Shown one piece after another: positions 42,964 to 52,856 of a stretch of DNA of 64,000 nt. Within the stretch, counting starts at the first letter, position 1. Every line of letters starts with the position of its first letter. The notes beneath the pieces were generated by a model, which saw nothing but the letters and a program-made list of their open reading frames with translations, was not told the DNA's origin and searched no databases. This DNA is from an uncultured cyanobacterium. Its GTDB lineage: Bacteria; Cyanobacteriota; Cyanobacteriia; Cyanobacteriales; Cyanobacteriaceae. The stretch lies in contig CAVQBA010000004.1 in assembly GCA_963710605.1 (NCBI GenBank), positions 416,001 through 480,000 on the forward strand. The letters run 5' to 3'. The translations under genes and the position numbers were made by a program.

Positions 42964-43242
42964 ATGTTAGAAGAAGATTATTTAGACACGGCTTTAGGGT
43001 TAATGATATTTTGCTTCGGATGGGGAATTTTTGCTTACTTATTTTTGTTTACAAATGGAAGTAGCGATTCATTAGGATTAGCTGTATCTGCTAGTGGGTT
43101 TATTAGTCCTACTTATAATATTGAGCCTCATGGTATTTGGCGTTTATTAGTAGGTATATTATGTTTAATTGGCAGTCTTTGTTGTGGTAGTTTGAGTGTT
43201 TATTCTATTTATCTTTATATAAAAGACAAAAAAGCAAACTGA
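42964..43242 (+). CDS. Hypothetical two-TM membrane protein
   Basis: 92-aa ORF lying between R3 and R4. Confidence 0.6.
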   Translation: MLEEDYLDTALGLMIFCFGWGIFAYLFLFTNGSSDSLGLAVSASGFISPTYNIEPHGIWRLLVGILCLIGSLCCGSLSVYSIYLYIKDKKAN

Positions 43243-43301
43243 TCAAGATTAATCAAACTTGAAAATTGATAACGATCGTAAGTAAGATCGTTTATCACAA
43301 A

Positions 43302-43460
43302 ATAGGATACGCAATTATTAATTATAATCTTTAATAAATTGATTAATAACTTAGTTGTAAAGCATCATTAATTTTCATTATCTTTTTAGTGTTAAATGTT
43401 GGGTTTCGCTTTTGGGATGTCTGGTGTCTATATTAAGTAACTAGGCTCAACTAAAGCTAC
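43302..43460. repeat. Long REP-doublet element (R4)
   Basis: ATAGGATACG..ATTATAATCTT..AATGTTGGGTTTCGC..GCTCAAC..CTAC, followed by AAGTCGATCG. Confidence 0.8.
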
Positions 43461-43485
43461 AAGTCGATCGTTAGTACTCTAATCC

Positions 43486-44124
43486 TTAACTAAAAGTAAT
43501 TAATAAATTATACTTAATACTAGCTAAAGACATATGATATAGTACCAATAAAACTAGTTTTTCGTCTGCAAGAATATCAGCTTTATCGAATAATTCATCA
43601 ACTTTTGAATCGTATAAAGAATCAAAATTTGTACTATACGTACCTAAATCAAATTTTAATTGATTTGCTAATTTTTTTAATTCATTACGAAGACTAATAC
43701 TCGAACCTAAAGTATTTAAAAATCGATCGGGTACATATATATTTTTAAAGTCAACTGGTACATAATATCCACTACCATTTAGTTGGGAATGTAAGATCAA
43801 ATGTGACTGCTTTTTTCCAAAAATCTCTGATAAAATCTCATTTGTGTAATTTGTTGTCTTGTCAAAAAGTAACGAATCACTTTGGGGTGTCCATTTGGGA
43901 TTGTATTCTAATTCGATTGCAATAATTTTTAAATTTTTAAATGCCTTTCTTACCCATCTAGACAACTGTATAGAGGAAGGTTCAATCTCATTTGGTAATG
44001 TATCACTTAACTTTACGTCATAATTATCAAGACCATAAGAATTCAATTTGTCGTTAACATATTTGTAACGTTCAAAAAAGAATTCACTCTTTAAATCTTC
44101 CATCAATTCAATAAATACAGACAT
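43486..44124 (-). CDS. Uncharacterised protein (SHLILHS..GYYVPVDF..LGSS..LRNEL motif)
   Basis: 212-aa ORF lying between R4 and R5. Confidence 0.7.
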   Translation of the reverse strand: MSVFIELMEDLKSEFFFERYKYVNDKLNSYGLDNYDVKLSDTLPNEIEPSSIQLSRWVRKAFKNLKIIAIELEYNPKWTPQSDSLLFDKTTNYTNEILSEIFGKKQSHLILHSQLNGSGYYVPVDFKNIYVPDRFLNTLGSSISLRNELKKLANQLKFDLGTYSTNFDSLYDSKVDELFDKADILADEKLVLLVLYHMSLASIKYNLLITFS

Positions 44125-44169
44125 TATTTTTATAAACTATCATCAAATACGATCGCTTATCTTAATAAA

Positions 44170-44333
44170 ATAGGATACGTAATTACTAATTATAATCTTC
44201 AATAAATTTATTAATAACTTAGTTGTAACCCATCGTTAATTTTCATTATGTTTTTAGTGTGTTGAATGTTGGGTTTCGCTTTTATAATGTATCGTTTGTA
44301 TATTAGGTAATTAGTCGCTCAACCACAACCTAC
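44170..44333. repeat. Long REP-doublet element (R5)
   Basis: ATAGGATACG..GTAACCCATCG..AATGTTGGGTTTCGC..GCTCAACCACAACCTAC, followed by AAGACGATCG. Confidence 0.8.
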
Positions 44334-44380
44334 AAGACGATCGTACTACCACTGCTTGCGATCGTCAATCAATCAGTTAT

Positions 44381-44917
44381 TCATTTGTTAACATTATTTT
44401 TTTCTTCTATTTTTTGTAATGCTTCTTTAAACTCTGATATTAAATCTCTTATAAATGAAGGAATAGCAAATCCAATGATTATCCAAATAATCCCAGAAAT
44501 TTGTATTTGTTTAGAAATGTTTGAAAGATGAACTAAACCACCTAACAAGAGTGGAATGATACCGAGTAAGCTATATATTGGAGAGGAAAACATAGATTTA
44601 TAAGGAATTGCTTTACCCTTTTCATTAAATGTTATCCTTATACTACTTCCAAACAAAGTATATAAAGTTTTACTAATTATTTGATTTTGGTTATATTTAA
44701 TAATGGCAAAAATATAATTAACTGATAAAAAATTAAAAAATCTCTCAAAGATATAATTTTTAGAACTATCAATCAAATCTTCATCTTTATTAACTTTTCT
44801 TATTTTATAAATAGATGAATATTTTTGAAGATAATAAAAATTATTTAACCAAATAAATATACTTACAGATAAAGCTATTAACAATTCGATAAACATACAT
44901 ATAATTATTGTTTTCAT
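44381..44917 (-). CDS. Hypothetical membrane protein
   Basis: 178-aa very AT-rich ORF with 3-4 hydrophobic segments, between R5 and R6. Confidence 0.6.
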   Translation of the reverse strand: MKTIIICMFIELLIALSVSIFIWLNNFYYLQKYSSIYKIRKVNKDEDLIDSSKNYIFERFFNFLSVNYIFAIIKYNQNQIISKTLYTLFGSSIRITFNEKGKAIPYKSMFSSPIYSLLGIIPLLLGGLVHLSNISKQIQISGIIWIIIGFAIPSFIRDLISEFKEALQKIEEKNNVNK

Positions 44918-45140
44918 TTTAATCTTGATGATAGTAAATCAAATAATTTTGTAAAAATGACAGGTACGAAAATACCTTGTTTGATACCATAATTAACAAA
45001 AGCTGTAGGATTAATCTCTCGAAAAAACTGTGTCACCTATTTTTTTTGATTTTAACGCCATCAAGAAATAATCATTAAATTTTGTACTTACGCCCTTAAT
45101 CCATTGAATAGCTTCAGGACTAAGTGTAACTGTATCAGTC

Positions 45141-45253
45141 GTAACTTATCATCAGCTTTTATTACGTTTCTAATTGTATTAAATGTTAGATTTTGCCTTT
45201 ACTAAGATGTATCGTTTATCTATTAAGTAATTATTCGCTCAACCACAACCTAC
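45141..45253. repeat. Partial long REP-doublet element (R6)
   Basis: GTAACTTATCATCA..AATGTTAG..TATTAAGTAATTATTCGCTCAACCACAACCTAC. Confidence 0.7.
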
Positions 45254-45566
45254 AAGACTAATAATCAAGAAAGACGATCGCACTCTTTTATAATTGTCCT
45301 TAATATTACAGCAACTTTTAAAACAATAACTAATCGATCGAAAATTAAAAATCCTGTTAATCAATTAATCTTGTCTAATCTTGATATAGACAGTGGAGAA
45401 ATAGGTAGTCCTTATCGTCAAATCCATTTGTCTATTTATTATTGGTTATTCGATCGATGTTATGATTAAGTTTTATGTAGTTAATTTTACTATTGCTTCT
45501 TTTCCCTACACAAAAAGTAAGTAGAGAAAGCCGATTGTAATTGATAGTTACCAAGTAAAATAATTT

Positions 45567-47360
45567 ATGAAAACTAAAACACAAGATAATGACTGGGGAT
45601 TATTATTAAAACTTCTTCCTTACGCTAAGAAAAATTCTCGGACATTAATTATTTCCTTATGTTTACTAATTCCCTTATCCCTAGCTGGTGCGGTGCAACC
45701 ATTACTTGTTGGGCAAGCTATTTCTTTATTAAAAGAAGAAGAAACATGGGATTTTTTGCAATCTTATCCGTTATCCCAATCATTAGATATACTGGGTTTG
45801 ATTTTACTTTTTTCAATTATAATCAGAACAGGTTTTCAAGCATGGCAAGGGTTTTTAGTCCAAAAAGTGGGGCAAGAAGTTACCGCCTCTGTACGCCAAG
45901 ATTTATTTAGTCATGTTACTTCTTTATCGTCTAATTTTTTCCACAAAACTCCTGTCGGTAAATTAGTTACTCGTATTACTAGTGATGTGGAAGCTTTAGG
46001 AGATGTTTTTGCTACAGGTGCGATCGGTATCCTCAGCGATTTGGTTTATATTTTAGTTATCATCATCACTATCTTTACTTTACAGTGGCAACTCGCTTCT
46101 TTATTAGTAGCAATGTTGATTCCCGTCACCGCATTAATTATTTATTTCCAAAAACAATACCGTAAAGCTAACTATGCCGCCCGTGAAGAATTATCGGTTT
46201 TAAACTCGATGTTACAAGAAAATGTTGTCGGTATTAATATCGTGCAATTATTTGGACGAGAAAAGTATAACAGTGAAATGTATCGTACTGCAAACGATCG
46301 TTATCGTATTGCTGTGGATAAAACAATCTTTCATGATTCGGCTGTCTCGGCTACTTTAGAATGGATTGCGTTAGTAGCGATCGCTGGAGTATTATGGTTA
46401 GGAGCAGTTTTTATCCTCCAAGACACACTTAGTATTGGTGCATTAAGTGCTTTTATTTTATACGCTCAACGTTTATTTGATCCTCTGAGACAATTTGCCG
46501 ACAAATTTACCATGTTTCAATCGGGATTCACGGCTATCGAAAGAATTACCGAATTGATGAGTATTCCTGCTGAGATTAAAGACCAAGATAATAATATCAG
46601 TTTGGGAACACATAGCGATCGAAATAGAATTGGCGAAATCAGATTTGAAAACGTTTGGTTTGGTTATAAAGCCGATGAATATATCCTAAAAGACTTAGAC
46701 TTTACCATCAAACCAGGTGAGAAAATTGCTTTAGTTGGTCCTACTGGTGCGGGTAAAAGCTCAATAATTCGTTTGCTATGCCGTCTATACGAGCCAAACC
46801 AAGGGCGTATTTTAGTTGATGGGGTGGATATTAAAGACATCGATCAAGCCGAGTTACGTCGTCATATCGGCGTAATTTTACAAGAAAGTTTTATTTTTGC
46901 AGGGGATGTTAAACGTAATATCACTTTAGGCGAAGAATACGATTTTAATCAAATTAAAAAAGCCGCTGAAATTACCAACGTCGATCGATTTATTACCAAC
47001 TTACCTGAAAGTTATGATACCCAATTAAGAGAAAGAGGGGCAAATCTGTCTGGAGGGCAAAAACAACTACTCGCTTTTGCTAGAGTCGCTATTCGTAATC
47101 CTAATATTTTAGTTTTAGATGAAGCAACTTCAAGTTTGGATGTAGCTACAGAAGCAGATACCCAACAAGCGTTAGAACATTTATTAGTAGGTAAAACAGC
47201 AATTATTATTGCTCACCGTCTTTCTACTATTCGTAATGTCGATCGTATTTTTGTACTCAAACAAGGAGAATTGATCGAATCGGGTAGTCACGAACAATTA
47301 TTAAGACAAGATGGATTGTATGCTAGTTTATACAAATTACAAATGTTGAGCAAAGCGTAG
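45567..47360 (+). CDS. ABC exporter, fused TMD-NBD (MdlB-like)
   Basis: GPTGAGKSS, LSGGQKQ, LVLDEATSS, IAHRLSTI. Confidence 0.93.
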   Translation: MKTKTQDNDWGLLLKLLPYAKKNSRTLIISLCLLIPLSLAGAVQPLLVGQAISLLKEEETWDFLQSYPLSQSLDILGLILLFSIIIRTGFQAWQGFLVQKVGQEVTASVRQDLFSHVTSLSSNFFHKTPVGKLVTRITSDVEALGDVFATGAIGILSDLVYILVIIITIFTLQWQLASLLVAMLIPVTALIIYFQKQYRKANYAAREELSVLNSMLQENVVGINIVQLFGREKYNSEMYRTANDRYRIAVDKTIFHDSAVSATLEWIALVAIAGVLWLGAVFILQDTLSIGALSAFILYAQRLFDPLRQFADKFTMFQSGFTAIERITELMSIPAEIKDQDNNISLGTHSDRNRIGEIRFENVWFGYKADEYILKDLDFTIKPGEKIALVGPTGAGKSSIIRLLCRLYEPNQGRILVDGVDIKDIDQAELRRHIGVILQESFIFAGDVKRNITLGEEYDFNQIKKAAEITNVDRFITNLPESYDTQLRERGANLSGGQKQLLAFARVAIRNPNILVLDEATSSLDVATEADTQQALEHLLVGKTAIIIAHRLSTIRNVDRIFVLKQGELIESGSHEQLLRQDGLYASLYKLQMLSKA

Positions 47361-47450
47361 ATTAAGAATTGAGAATTGAGAATTGAGAATATACTCATGA
47401 TCATTGTAAAAATTATTACTTATTTACTGTAAATTATCTTTCACTAATTT

Positions 47451-49421
47451 ATGTCTAAACCACGTTTTCAATTCAATAAACAATTATGGCAACGTTTTAT
47501 TGAATCAGCCCAACCTTACTTTTTTCCCTGTAGAAAGACGACAGACAAGAATTTTTTTAGGCTTGATTCTGGTTTTGCTTGTCTTTGTTGTTTCTTTTAC
47601 TTTCTTTTTTACTGTTGCTTTAACTGAGTTAGCAAAAGCACTTTTTCCTGAATTTTTTGGTAAAGCCGCTCAAGGTTTGATTGAAAATGTCGATAATTTA
47701 CTGGCTTCTCCTGCACCTTATGTCTTTGTTGTATTGTTGATTGGTAGTATTTTAATTTTTGCTTCTCAACGTCAAAAATTGAGACAACGTTTGCCTCAAT
47801 GGTCGTTATTAGGGGTTTTACTGTTTTTATTATTCGTTGTTAATGGCTTGAATGTTATTTTGAGTTTTGCTTTCCGTTTGATAGATAATGCCCTCAATGA
47901 GAAAAACACCGAAATTTTCTGGCAAAACATGATTATCTATGGAATTGTTTTGGTGTTAGCAATTCCGATTATTGTTGGTTATCGATATATAAGACAAAAG
48001 TTAGGTTTGTTATGGCGAGAATGGTTGACTAAATATTTTCTCGATCGTTATTTTCGTCAACGGGCATATTATGAGTTAGATTCGAATTCTATTAATACTA
48101 ATATAGATAATCCAGATCAACGTATTACCCAAGATATACAATCATTTACGGCTGTTACTCTTGACTTTTTATTAGATATTCTCGATTCGATTCTTACTCT
48201 ATTTTCGTTTACTGCAATTTTATATGGTATTTCTACAACCTTAACTGGGGGATTATTAATTTATGCCACTTTTGGTACGGTTGTCGCTATTGTGGTGGGT
48301 GCGCGTTTAATCAGCATCAATTACGAGCAATTACGTTTAGAAGCTAACTTTCGTTACAATATGGTGAGGGTAAGAGATAACGCCGAATCGATCGCTTTTT
48401 ATCAAGGTGAGCAGTTAGAAAAAAGACAGGTTATCGATCGTTTAATGGATGCTGTCAGAAACTTTGATTTATTAATTATTTGGCAATCGATTATCGTTTT
48501 ATTCCAGTTAGGATATAACTATTTTACTCGCTTGATTCCTTATCTAATTATCGCTCCGCTATATTTTGCAGGAGAAGCTGATTTTGGTGCAATCGGGCAA
48601 GCGGCTTTCGCTTTTTCGATGGTATTAAGTGCTTTATCTTTAATCACTAACCAAATTCAAAGTATTAGTGGATTTGCCGCTAGTGTCAACCGTTTAGGAG
48701 AGTTTTATGAGTCTTTAGACGATCCCAGTGGAGAAAAAAGAAATCCTAAATTTACTAGTATTTTAACTGAAATAGACGATCGTATTAGTCTAGAAAACGT
48801 CACTTTACAACCACCTAATTCCGATCGAATTTTAATTCAAGACTTATCATTAGTCGTTAACCCAGAAGAAAATTTATTAATCATGGGTGCATCGGCAGTG
48901 GTAAAAGTTCGCTCCTTAGAGCAATAGCAGGATTGTGGAATACAGGAGATGGTGTTATTAATCGCCCCAACCTAGAAAACTTGTTATTTTTACCTCAACG
49001 CCCTTACATGATTTTGGGTACATTAAGAGAACAATTACTTTATCCTAATACCGCCAATCAAGTTGATAACGATTATCTACAACATATATTAGAGACAGTT
49101 AATTTACCTAATTTAGCCGAACGTTTTACCGATGGATTTGATACCAAAGAAAATTGGGAAAATGTGTTATCTTTAGGAGAACAACAACGGGTTGCATTTG
49201 CTAGAGTTTTAATTAGTCAACCTCGTTATGCCATCTTAGACGAAGCGACAAGTGCCTTAGATGTCAACAATGAAGAAGTACTTTATCAAAAACTTGCCTC
49301 TCAGGGAACAACTTATGTCAGTGTAGGGCATAGACCAACTTTAACCGATTATCATCAACAGTTGTTGGAAATTACCGAAGGAGGAGAATGGGAGATAAAA
49401 CAGATAACGTGCGAACAGTGA
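47451..49421 (+). CDS. ABC transporter of the ABC_membrane_2 (ABCD/YddA-like) type; frameshifts near 47525 and 48897
   Basis: Start MSKPRFQFNKQLWQRFIESAQPYFF; IDNPDQRITQD, EANFRY, broken Walker A GAS(G)SGKSS, LSLGEQQR, LDEATSALD, SVGHR. Confidence 0.88.
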
Positions 49422-49516
49422 ACAGTGAACAACTTAAATAATGGACAATTGACAATTGACAGTTGACAATTAATATTTCTTACTCATTACTCCTTACTCA
49501 TTACTCATTACTCATT
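49412..49516. repeat. Mixed heptamer tandem repeats (GAACAGT, ACAATTG, TTACTCA)
   Basis: Read directly between convergent genes. Confidence 0.75.
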
Positions 49517-49578
49517 TAATGGCTGGGGCGAGAAATTTATCTAGCCCCAAAAATACAACTCATACAAATACTACAAAG

Positions 49579-50013
49579 TTAAACTTCGTAGGGAGCTTTT
49601 CCAGAAAACTTGAGAGTAACAGGTTCGGGGTTATCACCAATTTTTCTGTCTTTTTTACCATCAAATGGTCTACCTTCGTTGACTTTTTCAGGAAAGACAC
49701 CATCAGCAGGATGAATGAATGTAACATCACCATCAGGAGTAATACGATAAACTTTATATTCATTAATTCTTGGTTTGATTTTAGTACGTAATGTAGCACC
49801 TAAAGCCAAACATTGCTCTTTACGAGCAAGATATAATAAGTTATCGCCTTCGTTCATGACAGCGGCGCCACCAGTAGGCATTTCAAAAACTTGCTCTTTT
49901 GGACTACTCCAAGTGATAGCGTATTTTTCCTCTCTTTCGGCTGCACTAAGCAAACCGCCAGTGCTACCACCGAATTTGGGCATTGTTCCGGTTAATTGAA
50001 TTGTTTCGCTCAT
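49579..50013 (-). CDS. psaD: Photosystem I subunit II
   Basis: [42 protein letters not shown]. Confidence 0.98.
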   Translation of the reverse strand: MSETIQLTGTMPKFGGSTGGLLSAAEREEKYAITWSSPKEQVFEMPTGGAAVMNEGDNLLYLARKEQCLALGATLRTKIKPRINEYKVYRITPDGDVTFIHPADGVFPEKVNEGRPFDGKKDRKIGDNPEPVTLKFSGKAPYEV

Positions 50014-50088
50014 AAAGATATTATTTTTATCTATATATGATTTACTATCTAGGCAATGCTACCATTTGGATAACCACTCTTGTTCATG

Positions 50089-50116
50089 TTTGTTATGAAC
50101 TGTAACAGTTTGTTAC
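50089..50116 (-). promoter_or_regulatory. HLR1-like (RpaB) direct repeats upstream of psaD
   Basis: Minus strand GTAACAAA-CT-GTTACAGT-TC-ATAACAAA at 10-bp period, upstream of a TAGCAT -10-like box near 50056-50061. HLR1 sites are known upstream of PSI genes. Confidence 0.55.
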
Positions 50117-50547
50117 TCTGGAGTCTTTATTGTGTCGTAATTTAAACTTTAATTTCGCTCAGAGACATGATCAAAATCAGTTTATTTGAAGATGAGCGTC
50201 AAGATAGATATTTCATTTGTGCCATTGTTTTCTGATTAATCTTACTTTGATTTTTATCTATATCTTCGATTCTTTTTCCAGTAATAAAAACGATACCTTA
50301 ATCAGTATTCGGTTATTGTAATATTTAATTTTTTAGTAAACGAAGTTAGGTCAATTTTTTCTAAGTTCGAGATGTACTAAATAATGAATTGCTGATTATA
50401 GCCATGACAAAATAGTCAGATAAATAATAACTTAATTTTGATATCAAAATAACAAACAAAAAAAATGATTTAGAGTAAGATGAGTGATTATACTCTGTAT
50501 GTAACTCGATCGATTAAAATAATAGCTAATCATAAAATAAACTTTTT

Positions 50548-51449
50548 TTGAAGATGCACAGTGAAAAACTAAATCCTGCTAATTTAGTCCGCAATTACGG
50601 ATTTTGGATGGCGGTACTTTTATCAACTTTAGTACTAATTAATTTAACCATTTTTTATAAAATGGACAACATTGCCCATGCAGGAATTAGTGGCTTATGT
50701 TGGTTAGCTATTTTTTCTTTATTATGGGATAGACGAAAAGAATTACAATTTAAACAGCAACTATTACCAATTGCAATTGGTGTAGTTTTAGTCGCTATCA
50801 ATTTATGGTTTAGTAAATCAATACCCAATACAAAAGAAAGTAACGTACTGAGTGTTATGCCTTTTGTTTTCTCCGTTGGTGCGGCTTTGATTGCTTCAGG
50901 TTTTCAGGGATTAAAGCAATTTAAAGAGTGAATTATTAATTGTTTTTATTCGTTGGTGTACCCAGAGTAATATTAGAGTTATATACTAATATATCTCCTA
51001 TTACGGCTAAAGTTTCTTCTTTTATACTTCATTATGCAGGTTTCCCTGTAACATTGGAAGGAGTCTTTATTTATTTACCAAAAGGTGCGATCGAAGTATA
51101 TGCAGGTTGCTCTGGTGTTGAGGCAATGACTTATGTACTAAGTATAGCGATCGTCTCTTTAATTATGTTCCCAATTCGTAAAAAAGATCAATATTATGTA
51201 CCTATTCTTGCTTTAGCAATCGGTTTTGTTGTCAATGCTTTTAGAGTAGTTTTAATGGCTATTTTAGTTAATAGCGGTCGAATGGAAGCTTTTAAATATT
51301 GGCATGAAGGTGAAGGTTCATTAATTTTTGGTATGATTGCAGTCTGTACTTTTGCTGGATTTTATTGGCTTTTAATGAATAAAGCTGATAACAGTAATAA
51401 AATAAATAGCCATAACGAAACTGCTATACGAGAAGAAAGCTTTTTTTAA
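50548..51449 (+). CDS. crtA: Cyanoexosortase A (frameshift near 50930)
   Basis: ALIASGFQGLKQ; GAIEVYAGCSG catalytic Cys; GFVVNAFRV Arg; FKYWHEGEGS His. Confidence 0.85.
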
Positions 51450-51477
51450 TTTGTTATTAGTTTAAGATCAATTAAGT

Positions 51478-52794
51478 ATGAAACCTGCCTTAGTTAGCCG
51501 TATTATACCCGAAACGATCGCCTCTGAAATAGGTTTTGAAATCGGAGACAAAATCGTTACCATCAATGGAGTACAACCTAGAGACTTAATTGATTATCAA
51601 TTTCTTTGTAGTGACGAATTTTTAGAACTTGAAGTTGTTGACAAATGGGGTAAAAATCATCTTATCGATATCGAAAAAGATTACGATGAGGATTTAGGTT
51701 TAGAATTTGAAAATGCCCTTTTTGATGGTTTGATTCAATGTAACAATAATTGCCCTTTTTGTTTTATCGATCAACAACCTCCGGGGAAAAGAGATACTCT
51801 TTATCTTAAAGATGATGATTATCGCTTAAGTTTTCTTTATGGTAGTTATTTAACTTTAACTAATTTAACGGCAAAAGAATGGAATCGAATTGAACAAATG
51901 CGTTTGTCTCCTTTGTTTGTCTCTATTCACGCTACCGAGCCAGATATTCGGATTCGTTTACTTAAAAACCAACGTGCAGGAGAAATTAAAAATCAACTGG
52001 CATGGTTTCAAGAGCGACGTTTACAAATTCACGCTCAAGTGGTGGTTTGCCCTGATATTAATGATAAAGAGCATTTAGAGACGACTTTAAATGATTTGTT
52101 TTCTTTCCATCAAGGAGATATCCCTGCGGTTATTAGTGCGGCAGTTGTACCCGTCGGTTTAACTAAATTTCGTCCTAATGAAGATGAGTTAAAACCAGTT
52201 AGCCCAGAGAAAGCACAAGAAGTAATTCAACAAGTGCAAGCATTACAACAAAAATTCAAACAAAAATGTGGCTCTTATTTCGCTTGGTTAGCTGATGAAT
52301 GGTTTTTAATTGCAGGGCAAGATTTACCCCCTGAATCTGATTATGAAGATTATCCACAAATCGGTAATGGTGTTGGTTCGATTCGTTTGTTTATCAAAGA
52401 ATTTGAAGATACTGCTAATCAATGTTTACCAAGACAAATAAAAGAAACTAAAGAATATACTTGGATAGTCGGTAATGCAGTCGAAAATGCTTTTCAACCT
52501 TTAGTCAATCGTCTTAATCAAGTCAAAGGTTTAAAAGTTAATTTAATCGCTCTTAATAGTCTGTATTGGGGACAACAAATAACTGTAACTGGTTTGTTAA
52601 CAGGGCAAGATTTATTGTCACATCTTGAGGGTAAAACGATTAAAGGAGATATTTTGTTACCGACGGTGATGCTTAAACATGATGAAGATAAGTTTCTTGA
52701 TGATATGACGGTATCGGAAGTAGAAACTAAGTTAGGTACGATAATTCATCGTATCAAAGATATTCGACACTTGATGAGTTTTTGTAGTAGTTAA
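51478..52794 (+). CDS. PDZ-containing radical-SAM-like Fe-S protein (TIGR03279/DUF512)
   Basis: CNNNCPFCFIDQQP, KDDDYRLSFLYGSY, ADEWF, TVTGLLTG. Confidence 0.9.
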   Translation: MKPALVSRIIPETIASEIGFEIGDKIVTINGVQPRDLIDYQFLCSDEFLELEVVDKWGKNHLIDIEKDYDEDLGLEFENALFDGLIQCNNNCPFCFIDQQPPGKRDTLYLKDDDYRLSFLYGSYLTLTNLTAKEWNRIEQMRLSPLFVSIHATEPDIRIRLLKNQRAGEIKNQLAWFQERRLQIHAQVVVCPDINDKEHLETTLNDLFSFHQGDIPAVISAAVVPVGLTKFRPNEDELKPVSPEKAQEVIQQVQALQQKFKQKCGSYFAWLADEWFLIAGQDLPPESDYEDYPQIGNGVGSIRLFIKEFEDTANQCLPRQIKETKEYTWIVGNAVENAFQPLVNRLNQVKGLKVNLIALNSLYWGQQITVTGLLTGQDLLSHLEGKTIKGDILLPTVMLKHDEDKFLDDMTVSEVETKLGTIIHRIKDIRHLMSFCSS

Positions 52795-52856
52795 TAATCA
52801 AAAAAGAAAACTTTGATATTTTGTCTTCACTAATTAATTTAATGCTACCTTAACAA

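Noticed and set aside
41358-45253. Classical integron with attC sites
   Set aside because: No IntI-type integrase adjacent, no clear RYYYAAC..GTTRRRY boxes, and the ORFs are in mixed orientation; the ends are GTAG/CTAC REP-type instead.
49519-49999. Several short ORFs overlapping psaD, and similar shadow ORFs over glgB, glgA, polA, rcaE, rcaC and the pentapeptide gene
   Set aside because: Antisense or alternate-frame shadows of well-supported genes.
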